This document shows, one piece after another, positions 25,021 to 36,169 of a DNA stretch of 64,000 bases. The stretch is from positions 620,001-684,000 of the forward strand of contig MU061537.1 in assembly GCA_013265495.1 (NCBI GenBank). Direction: 5' to 3'. The notes beneath the pieces were generated by a model, which was not told where the DNA came from, did no database searches, and saw nothing but the letters and a program-made list of their open reading frames with translations. This DNA comes from Vicugna vicugna. Its lineage: Eukaryota. How positions within the stretch are numbered: the first letter of the stretch is position 1; the number at the start of each line of letters is the position of its first letter. A program made the translations under genes and the position numbers.

Positions 25021-25589
25021 CACACACACTTATGATTTAAACAATGCACTTTATTGTTTTGATTAAGGAAACAATCCATTCATCTCAATGACTTCTACTT
25101 AATAAGCCAATAAATCCTGTTTGCTACTACAGAAACTGCAAAGAAGGATGTGATGAAAGAGGAAAACCTAACTCTAAAAACACTATTCTCTGAATGATCT
25201 AAATTTTCCTCTTCTCACCGCCACAGGATATAACAAAGATCTATCAACTTTGAGCAGAAAGTGCTTTTGGGAGATAGGTAAGGCTCACAAAATTTACAGT
25301 TAAACAAGTTATTAAGTTAGACCCAGAATTTACTGGCTCCTTTATAGGCTATAAACTCTCAACTACTTTGATCCCAAGAACTTCCAAAGTTTTTGAGAAT
25401 AACTAGAGAGCAGAAGTAGAATGATGGGCAAACGTGGTGGAATTGCAGCTCAAGGACAAACGGTTTATTTCTAAGACACAAAATATACTATAAATTACAT
25501 GCTGTACTCTTAATCAAAAAAGTGACCTAAGCTAAAAAAAAGACACCTATAATTTACATATTAACTTTGAATCTCAAGAATGAATCTTC

Positions 25590-25757
25590 TAGATGTTTGC
25601 TACAAAGTGTGGTCAGTGGACTAGAAGCAGTAGCAGCACCTAGGAATCTATTAGAATGCAGAATCTTGGGCACTGTCCCAGACCTAATGATTATCTGCAT
25701 CTTATCAAGAGTTTCCAGTAGATCTGTATATGCTTTTGTTTGAGAAGTCTTATTCTA
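25590..25757. mobile_element. MER5-like hAT MITE
   Basis: CAAAGTGTGGTC...AGCAGCACCT..GAA...GAATGCAGAATCT...TTTGAGAAG. Confidence 0.6.
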
Positions 25758-26902
25758 GATACCAGTAACCCGGATATTGTACCTAGAATTTCAAAGCCTT
25801 CATATTGTTAAAAATTATTTTATAGATGTTGTCTGAAAAATGTAACAAAATGACATTTGAACAAAGTGGTAAAAAGAGGTCATAGAGTACAACTTTCAAA
25901 AATAGCATCCACCAAGGAGATTTAATATTGATTTAGAGATACAATGCAAGTAAGACTTTCACTCATTGACCAAAGTGGAAAATTCCAATTTAAAAAAAAT
26001 GTACTGATGGGCAAATTAAGAAATTTGGTGATTACTCTCTCAGACATAATGACATACTTGGTAAGATGAATTATGACAACCTTTTTCTTTATGGTTGGGG
26101 AAAAGACAAATGAATCTTTTTGGATTTGCATACAGTTTATGACTACTAAATTTTGTGGAAATGGACGCAATGACTCAGGGCTAGAGCTAATTAACAGGAA
26201 TAAATAAGACTAGTTTACCTCTATCCTATTCATATACACAACATAGTTCCACTAATAGTATTTACTGGATTCCCAATTGGAGGAATTCTCAATAGAAGTT
26301 GGTGAAAAAGTCTATTCTTGCACAGAAATTGAAATCTCTTCCCCTCTTCACATTTGTTGACACTCATTAAGTCTCAAGAGCTCTCTTGGAGATTGTTTTC
26401 TCCAATATTTTGCAACTATTTCTTTATGGTGGCCAAGTCACGGTTGTTGTTTTCAAGAATATCTGGCAGTATTTGGCAACTAGCCAGCAGCCAGAAACAC
26501 AAGCTTTAAGTTTAAATAATAGATAGATATCACTGACAACTAATAAGCATTATAAAACTAAACAATGGCAGGCACTTTACAATATGGGCATCCTCTGTGT
26601 AAAAACAAACACTGAGGAGATTGTGAGCGTGTGTACGTGCACACATACACGTACTGAATACACTTACACGTGCCCTGAATACCTCTCAAAGGATACTTAA
26701 TAAACTGGAAACTGTAGTTGTCTAAGGGAAAGAGTTTTGAAGGTCTGAAATGAAAGGAAGATGTACTTTCACTACATTAACTTTGCACTGTTTAAAAATT
26801 TTGCAATAAAATGTTTATATTACTTTCAAGAACTTGGTTAATAAAACAAATAATGAAATCTGGGCAATCACATACTAAAATAATTTTTTTAAATATGGCT
26901 TC

Positions 26903-27320
26903 TTGACCTAGAGATTATCATACTAAGTGAAATAAGTCAGAAAGAGAAAGACAAATATCATATGGTATCACTTGTATGTGGAATCTAAAAAAAAAAGACA
27001 CAAGTGAACTTATTACAAAACAGAAGCAGACTCACAGACACAGAAAACAAACTTACGGTTACCAAAGGGAAAAGGGGGTGGGGAGGGATAAATTAGGAGT
27101 TCGGGCTTAGCAGATACAAACTACTATATACAAAATAGATAAACACCAAGGTCCTACTGTACAGCACAGGGAACTATATTCAATATCCTATAATAAACCA
27201 TAATGGAAAAAATATGAAAAAGAATATATATATGTACAACTGAATTGAATCACTCTGCTGTACACCAAAAACTAACACAACTTTCTAAATCAACTATACT
27301 TCAATAAAAAATCTTTTAAA
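26903..27320 (+). mobile_element. L1 3'UTR fragment (cetartiodactyl-type)
   Basis: GACCTAGAGATTATCATACTAAGTGAA...AGCACAGGGAACTATATTCAA...CAACTATACTTCAATAAAA. Confidence 0.85.
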
Positions 27321-27634
27321 ATAGGACTCATTTATTTATTTCTCAATTATCTGCTACCTTGCAATGGAGAGACTACCTAGGTAATATTTTCAACTCTGAA
27401 AAAAAGAAAGACATGTTGCAGTCAAGGTTATCTTCCATTCTTTGTCTCGATTGCTTTCCTTACTTAAAAACAAAGCCAAGTAACTGGCCTTAAGCAAGAA
27501 TAAAAACTTCCCTTCTCTGAAAGAACTCCTTCATCAATATGTTGAAAAGTCCATTTTCAGTGTTCCAGAATATTCATTACTCAAGGATATAAATTCTAAT
27601 CCCTGCTCTGTAGGACAAGTCAGTGGGTATTGGA

Positions 27635-28045
27635 GGGCATGAAAAATTGGTACATTAACGACCCCTCGCAGTATTCACTACCTGGTACAGCCTCCTCCCA
27701 CACTGAGTCACATTTGGATCTATGACTTGCTTAGCCAATGGGACAACAACAAACGCCAATACAAATCAGAGGCTTGATAAGCACTCAGACTGGGACTTGC
27801 CCTTTGGACTGTAGCCACCACCATGTAAAGAAACTCAGTCTGGCTTCCTTAAGGATAAAGCCCACAAAGAAAGAGATACCCAGCCATACCAGCTGAGTCC
27901 AGTTCCCAGCTGACCAGGCAGTTGAATATAGTGTTAAGAGTAAGTCTAGACAAGATGAGCAGAATAACCACTCAGCCAATCCACGGAATCGTGAGAAATA
28001 ATGAATCGTTGTTCTTTTTAAGCCACACAACAACAGATAACTGAT
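27635..28045. mobile_element. MLT1 (MaLR) solo LTR
   Basis: GACTTGCTTAGCCAATGG...CAGCCACCACCATGTAAAGAA...TTTTAAGCCAC...AGATAACTGATA. Confidence 0.65.
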
Positions 28046-28270
28046 AGAGGATCTTGTAAATTCTCTGCCTCTCTTCACTGAGCTCCTCCCTCTGGAGCTA
28101 TTACCAAAATGCCTGAAAATTTTATGGAGTATAATATGATAGGAAACTTTAGTTTTAGGATGACACACTCTCCTTAGGCCTAAAGACAAAAATATTATGA
28201 GTCAGAAATACAAAGATAATGAACTAATTTTCAATGTCAGAAATCTAGAGAAAGTTTTTCAAGATCTTAC

Positions 28271-28315
28271 CTCAAAAATTTACTGTTCCCTTCTCCATCA
28301 TCATCAAAATCCAAT
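28271..28315 (-). CDS. ARNT: ARNT exon 3 (LDFDDDGEGNSKFLR)
   Basis: 45 nt, CAG| acceptor and |GTAAGA donor, in frame. Confidence 0.96.
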
Positions 28316-29795
28316 CTGGGGAAAGCCAACAATAAATATTATAAGCCTACTGATAATGCAGAACATTAAAACAATTAAAATTCTAAGCCCACAAGCTATC
28401 TGAACACCGACCTAAATGGAAGAAGGAAAAGAGGAAGTGGTCATATGCAAAACTGTTATTACCTCTTCCCTGTTGTACCAAACTGCACAAAGTAACTGGG
28501 CAATCAAAACAGGGGGCCTACTGATAACTTTCTTTGTCAGAGGGTAGCAATCTTTGCCAAAGCTTTAAATCCGAGTACAACCTCTACAAAAGGGGCAGGA
28601 ACTCACTCAAAAAGGACAAGGAAAAATTAATATGAATAATTAAGGCCCATTTTTCTATTTGGCCATCTTTCAAAACAGTGATATTCTATAAATGAGTGAT
28701 TTTAAGACCTCCAAAGGTTGCTCAATAATCTTTCTTTCCTCATTCACCTAATGAACATGTAATATATGCTATATTCCAGATACTATGCTAGATGAGGTGA
28801 AAACAAGAGACTTGCACTCAAGGGATTCTTTGCCTAGACAAATACAAATATACAAGTGAGAATGGGGAAGTGCCTTATGCGGAGCACAATCAGTAAGCTT
28901 TAAACGTTTAGTGAAAGCAGAGGTGACTTTCATTTCAAGGCATTAGGTAAGATTATAGGTAACAAAATAGGGCAATCTCCTATTAATCCCTAAACTCTAT
29001 TAAACTAAAACATTACTCATGTTACTACCTTAACCCAGTGATCTTGGCATCTCTACTAGTGAGATAACCTGCTATTATGTGCCTCTACATGGGTTCTCTA
29101 TGGACTACGTAGCATAATCCTCTTCCTCTCTGTAGCCCCGGATTACCTGTCAAAATCTACCATTTACCAAATAACGACATTTCTAAGAATCTATCCTGAA
29201 GAAATAACTTGAAATAGAAAAATAATTTACGTACAAAAATATTCATTGAGCAGTATACATAATAGCAAAATATTCAAAACAGTTAAATGTCCCTAAATAG
29301 CAATTAAGTACATCTCTCTATGTAACTGTTTAAAGTCATGTTTCTACAGAATATGCAATATGTCAAAGAAGGTTATTTTATACAGTTAGGTGAAAAGGCC
29401 AGGCTATATAAAACTATATAATTATATGATTATAATTACTTAAGAAATCTACATAGGGAATAAAGAATGAAGAAATTACACTAAAAAACTAATGGGAAAT
29501 GACTTTGGGTAGTAGTGTTATTGTTGGTTTTATTCTTCTTCCTAACTTTTTATATATTCCAATATTTCTTTTTAACAATGTGTATTATCTTTATATTTTC
29601 CTGATTACCAATAATACATATTCGCTTCAGAAAACATGAATATAATTAAAAACAAAAGAAAAAATAAGTCTCCCATAAGCCCACCACCCAAACATCTGAT
29701 AAGTATCCTTTCACTTTTTCTGCTATGCACACATTATACATATTTTTTTCTGAGAGTTGGTATATTACATACACTGTAACCTCCTCTCAATATAC

Positions 29796-30039
29796 TGTGA
29801 ACATTTTTCTGCACCAATACATATTTGCATTTCTAATAGCTGTACAGCATTCCATTTTCAATATAATATATACTATAACTTTCTCAACCAATTCCTTAAT
29901 TTTGATATTAATATTGCTTCTAGTTATTTGTCATTATGTATCACTGTAACACTGTGTTTAAGAAAGTAGACTCTAAAGCTAACCTGCCAAGGTTCATATC
30001 ACAGATCTTCCACTTACTAGCTTTAGAACCTTGGGCAAG
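29796..30039 (+). repeat. Arm A (intron 2) of a 244-bp inverted duplication
   Basis: Reverse complement of 32038-32281; 26 mismatches, no gaps, by hand alignment. Confidence 0.95.
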
Positions 30040-30411
30040 TTACTTATTCACCCTATGCCTCAGTAACTGAGTTATAATGTATAAAACTCTTGGAGACATA
30101 GCAAGTCTCAATATGTTACTCACACTACACCTTAACCCAAGGATCACTCTTTCATTACCATCAGTAGGAGGAAACTTAAGACTAGCTATAACATTAGCTA
30201 CATAATTATTAAAAATAAAAGAAAGAAAAAAGGAAAATTTAATACCAAAAAGTGAGTAAAACATTATCCATTCGTTACGCCTTTCTAAAGCAACCTCTTT
30301 TCTGAAGACTTTCCCAAGCTTCACCAACCAACAGTGGTGGTTGCCATATACTAAACACACAGCACTGTATCTGTTCCTTTTGTAGCAAACCTGGCATATT
30401 CTATTGTGGCT

Positions 30412-30548
30412 TGTATTGTTTGTTTAATGAGGGGGAGGTAATTAGGTTTCTTCATTGATTTCTGCTTGGAGGAGGCACTGGGGATTGAACCCAGGATCTC
30501 TTGGGTGCTGAGCATGAGCTCAACCACTTGAGCTTTACCCTTCCCCCT
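30412..30548 (-). mobile_element. vic-1-like SINE
   Basis: GGTAATTAGG...GGGGATTGAACCCAGG...CCACTTGAGCT. Confidence 0.8.
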
Positions 30549-31212
30549 GCATAGTCTAACTTGAATTATATTTATGTGCATAATGATTAGCCCTTTCAGA
30601 ACATAAGCAAGTTAGAACTGTGCCTTATTTATCTTTGCATCCTAGTAGAAATCAGCACAATGCCTCACACTAATTAGGCATTTAATAAATAACTTTGGAA
30701 CGGAATGGACTCTATAGATTCCAAATGAAGCAATGTATCAGTAACTTAGAGGAGAAATATTCTAGAGTCCAGCATTCTCTAAAATCAGAAAAGTAAAAAA
30801 GCCTACCGAAGAATTACAGGTGATTATACGACTTAAAATTATATGGCTTAAAGATGTTTAAATTAAAAAAAAAATTTAAGCCTATCAAAAAGATTTTGAG
30901 AATGCAGGTGCAAAGCTTAATGAAAGCAATGAAGTTCTCGCAGCAACAGTGAAATCTGAGCTTAGCCGTAGTCCTTTACCTTGCAGAGATTTATGGTTTT
31001 AAAAAAAATTGCTTACAAGAAACTTAGACAAAAACATCACTATCAATTCTACACAAAGAAAACTCCAAGGTCTAAAGAACGTTATCTGATAGCAGTGCAG
31101 TAAGTAGTCAAAAGAAGTGAGAGGGTTAGGAATAGCCAAGAGGGTTCAGCAACTAACAAAATCAGGCTGGTTTCGAGGAGAGACATTCATGACATACTAC
31201 ACCCAAACTCAC

Positions 31213-31324
31213 CCTGGTCTCCGCTTAATAGCCCGCTGGACAATGGCTCCTCCACCTTGAATCCCGGACCCGGGATTTCCAGAGGCAATGGCTGGACCCA
31301 GTGATGGTACATCCGATGTTATTT
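31213..31324 (-). CDS. ARNT: ARNT exon 2 ([38 protein letters not shown]), start of NLS region
   Basis: CAG| acceptor, |GTGAGT donor, 112 nt; translation matches ARNT except Ile at position 10 and a local S/P exchange. Confidence 0.96.
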
Positions 31325-31993
31325 CTGTCAGGGAAAAATAGAAATAAACATTTAAAAAAGACTGTCCTTGCTATCATCATCACCACCATCAAACTGGCTA
31401 GAAGAAAGGCTCAAGCTTGGATAAAATCTCAGTTGTTTGCTAGAAAACCCAAATGTTCATATCCAGATTATTTTCTTGAATTCTTACACTGAAAAAAAGA
31501 TTTCCCTACACTTCAGTTCCCTCAACTTTGTACAGTTTGGAAGAGGTAGTACTATATTCTGCATACTTAACTTTAAAAAGTCTGTAACAGTGATGTAACA
31601 TTTATCAAAAATACACACACAAGTTGGTTTACATATTTCAGTCATGCAACAAATAACTTAGCTCTTCATTTATTTCATTTAGAAAATACAGTAAAACCCC
31701 AAAATAAAAAAATCATCTAAATTCCAATACTCAAAAAAAATTACATACAGTAAAACTCTAAGTCCCTCATTATGCCTTCCTTTCCTACCCCTTTTTTTAT
31801 CCTTCCCCTCTCCTTTCAATTCAGTCTCATGCCCGAGAAGTAGCCATTGGTAACAGATGAGCTCATCTTATTTTAGTTTTCCCCTCAGATTATATACATC
31901 TCTCTAATCAAAAATAGGCACATATTTTCTTAATAAAAATGGAATCCTGCTCTGCAAGTTGCTTTTGTCATTTAAATATACATCAAGGATATC

Positions 31994-32012
31994 CACACAC
32001 ACACACACACAC
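31994..32012 (+). repeat. (CA)n microsatellite
   Basis: Directly visible. Confidence 0.85.
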
Positions 32013-32037
32013 AAAATCAGACATATAGACCTCATTC

Positions 32038-32281
32038 CTTACCCAAGGTTCTAAAGCTAGTAAGTGGAAGATCTATGATATGAACCTTGGGAGGTTAGCT
32101 TTAGAGTATTCTCTCTTAAACATAGTGTTACGGTTATACATAATAGCAAACAATCAGAAGCAATATTACTATCAAAGGTAGGCAATTGGTTGAGAAAGTT
32201 ATAGTATACAGTATATTGAAAATGCAATACTGTACAGCTATTAGAAGTGCAAATATGCATTGGTACAGAAAAATGTTCACA
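32038..32281 (-). repeat. Arm B (intron 1) of a 244-bp inverted duplication
   Basis: Reverse complement of 29796-30039. Confidence 0.95.
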
Positions 32282-35085
32282 TGTCCATTCACTTGGACAC
32301 TAAACAACACACTTCTAAATATCAATGAGTCAAAGAGGAAGTCTCAAAGGGAATAAAAAATACACTGAACTATTGGAATACTATTCAGCCATAAAAACTG
32401 ACAACATAATGCCATTTGCAGCAACATGGATGTTCCTGGAGAATGTCATATTAGTGAAGTAAGCCAGAAAGAGAAAGAAAAATACCATACGAGATCACTC
32501 ATATGTGGAATCTAAAAAACAAAAAACCATAAATATAAAACAGAAACAGACTCATAGACATAGAATACAAACTTGTGGTTGCCAAGGGGGTGGGGGGTGG
32601 GAAGGGATAGATGGGGATTTCAAAATGTAGAACAGATAAACAAGATTATACTGTATAGCACAGGGAAATATATACAAGATCTTATGGTAGCTCACAATGA
32701 AAAAAAAATGTGACAATGAATATATGCATGTTCATGTATAACTGAAAAATTGTGCTCTACACTGGAATTTGACACAACATTGTAAAATGACTATAACTCA
32801 ATTAAAAAATCTTAAGAAAAAAACCCCAAAAAAACTGATTTAAAGACAGAAACGTGTGTAGACCTGATGCATAAACTTGTTTCTAGACCTCAAGATTTCA
32901 GACTTGGGGTCTGGCACACAAGTGTGTGATTATAAGGCAGGGACAACTGTCCTGCAACAAATCTGTCACTACTAATAAAGTATGTGGACATTAAAAAAAA
33001 TACATTGAACTAAAATGAAAATGAAATTAAATACTGCAAAATTTATGGGACACAGCAAAAGCTATATAGTCAGAGGAAATCTTATGGCACTAAAATGCTT
33101 ATATCAGAAGAGAGGAAAAGTCAAACAAGTCATCTGAACTTTCACCTCAAGAACCTAGGAAAAGTTAAAAAAAAAGAACCTAGGGGAAAAAACAAAGAAA
33201 CCCAAAACAAGCAAAAGGAATTAAATAATAGAAAACATGAAGTAATGAATTAAAAAACAGAAAAACAAATAAAAAATAAGTTACTTCCTTAAATAGATCA
33301 ATAAAATTGACAAACCCCTAGCAAGACAGACAAAAAAGACACTAAACTACCAGTATCAGGAATGAAAACAAGGATATCATTACAGACCCAGAAGAAATCA
33401 GAAATAACTGGGAATACTAAGAATAACTTATATACATAAATTTGACAACTTAGGTTGAATGGACCAATTCCTTAAAAAACACAAACTAAAACAACTGACC
33501 AAACACAAAATAGGTGACATGAATGGCCCCATAACCATTAAGAAATTGAATTAATAATTTAAGAACTCTCAAAAAAAAATCCTCTAGGTCTAGATAATTT
33601 CACTGGAAAATTTTCCAAACATTTAAAGAACAGCAATTATACACAATATCCTACAGAAACTAGCTAAAGGAAGGGAACACTTACCAGTTCATCTTATGAA
33701 GCTACTATTACCCTGATACCAAAACCATACAAAGACAGTACAAAAAAAAACAAACAAAAAATGAAAGCTCAATATTCCTTATGAATAAAATTGCAAAAAT
33801 CTTTAACAAAATAGTAGCAAGTAGAATTTAGCAATATGCAAAAGAATCATACAGTATGATCACATGTGATTTATTCAAGGGAAGCAAACTGGTTCAATAC
33901 TTAAAAATCAGTCAGCATTATTCACCATACTAATAGGCTAAGAAGAAAAATAACATGATCTTATCAACTTACGCATTAAAAAGTATTTGCTAGAATTCAA
34001 CACCTATTCCTGATAAAAATATAGAAAGGTAGGAAAAGAATGAAACAGCCTCACCATGATAAAAGAATCTACCAAAAAAAAAACCTACCACTAGTATTAT
34101 ACTTACTAGTGAAAGACAGTGCTTTTTACCCAAGATTTGGGAACTAGGAAAAAATTTCACTTTCATCACATACTTAAACATAGTGTAGGAAGTTCTAGCC
34201 AATGCAAAAAGGGAAATAAAAGACATATAGATCAAAAAGGAAAAAATAAAATTGTCCCCATTTGCAGAATAAATGATTGTCTATGTAGAAAATCCTAAGG
34301 AATCTATGAAAACAAACCAAAAAACACTCCTAGAATAAGAAAGTGAACTCAGCAAAGTTGCAGGATACAAGATAAATATACAAAAATCAATTGTATTTCT
34401 ATATACTAGCAATTAATACAGACACCAAAACTTAAAGATACAAAACCATTTATAATAATTTTTAAAAGGAAAAAATATTTAGTGTAAATCAAATAAACAT
34501 GCACAGGACTTGCATGCTGAAAGAATGCTGATGAAAGAAATCAAAGATCTAAATAAATAGAGAGATATACAATGTTCATGGACTGGGATACTCAACATCA
34601 AGATGTCAATTCTCTTCAAACTGATATGCAGGTTTAACACAATACCTATCAAAATTCTACCAAGATGTTTTTGTAGGTATAAACAAGACTATTCTAAAAT
34701 TTATATGGAAAAGTAAAGGAACTACAATACCTAAAACAAAGAAAAAGTGGAAGAAGAGAATCAGTCTGATTTCAAGACTTCTAATATAGCTACAGAAATT
34801 AAGATTGTGTGGCCCTGGCAAAGGGACAGACACATAGATCAATGGAACCAAGAAATAGACTCACATAAATATGCCAAAATGAATTTGAGAAAAGTGTAAA
34901 AACAATTTAATGAAGGAAAGATAGCCTTTTCAACAAATGGTGCTAGAGCAACTAGACAGCCAGAAACAAAAAGAAAAAAGAAACAAACAAACAAAAAAAA
35001 ACCTTGACCCATTTTATAAAAATTAATCAAAATGGATCATGGGCTTTATATGTAAAATATAAAACTTTGCAACTTTTTAAAAAAT
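32282..35085 (+). mobile_element. Degenerate L1 ORF2 segment, antisense to ARNT, interrupted by a younger L1
   Basis: A-rich L1 ORF2 motifs (CTAAACAACACACTTCTAAA, CCCTGATACCAAAACCA, TTTTCAACAAATGGTGCT). Confidence 0.85.
32373..32994 (+). mobile_element. Young L1 3' end plus 3'-transduced sequence, bounded by a TSD
   Basis: TSD AAAAAATACAYTGAACTA at 32355-32372 and 32995-33012. Confidence 0.8.
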
Positions 35086-35094
35086 AGACTTTAT

Positions 35095-35500
35095 TCTTTC
35101 AGAGCAGTTTCAGGTTCACAACAGAATTGAGCAGAAAATATAGAGAGTTTGCACATAGCCCTCCCCACCCACACATATATACTCTCCTACCCTCAACATC
35201 TCTCATCAGTGTGGCATATTTGGTACAATCGATGAAACAACATGGACACATTATTATCAACCAAAGTCCATAGTTTACATTAGGGTTTATTCTTGATGTT
35301 ATACATTCTATGGGTTTTGACAAATGAATGCATAATGTAGCCACCAATACAGTTATCATACAGAATAATTTCATTGCCCTAAAAATCCCTTGTGCTCCAT
35401 CTATTCATTCCTCCCTCCCTCCCGCTCCCTAAACCCCTGGAAACTATGATCTTTTTATTGTTTCTGTAGTTTTGCCTTTTCCAGAATGTCATTTGGTTGG
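35095..35500 (-). mobile_element. L1MC-like 3' end
   Basis: AGAGCAGTTT.AGGTTCACA...CCAAAGTCCATAGTTTACATTAGGGTT. Confidence 0.75.
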
Positions 35501-36169
35501 AGAGATTAAATTTCTATTGTTTTAAGCCCTCCAATTTGTAGTAATTTGTCACAGCATGCTTGGGGAACTAATACAATAATGATGTATGATTCTTTTAACA
35601 TACTCTGGATTTAACTTACTTACTTCTTTTAAATGGAAGAGGAACTTAGTGTGATGCAAGAGTAGCAGAGTTAAGGAGTATTCTTAGTGTACTGAATACA
35701 AGTACCTTCTATTAAAATCATAATTTACAGAAATTACAGTAAAATAGTAAATACTTTAATCAGTCAACATAATCTCCCAGATTTATAGAAAACCTACTTC
35801 TAAGTGACTTCCTTTCCTGAAATAGGAGAAATGATATAAAATATATGAGTGAGGAAAAGAGAAATGATAAAGGAAGTATTAAAAGTTGAATAGATAATAA
35901 AATGTTCAAAAAGAAATGTTGGTAACAATAATTCATCATATTGCTACCTTGTCTAAAATATGAAACACTTTGGATATGTTTTTTAATGTTTTACTTATTA
36001 TTCCTAAAATCTACCTCTAAATTATATTTATAGTAAACTGAACCTAACCTCAAAACAAAAAACCTCTTTTATGTATGTCTTTTATTACAAGCCCAAGCAT
36101 TATAACTGCTTTCATACTGGATAAAGAAAGTACTCAAACAGCCATCATTAAAATAATAATGCATCACAA

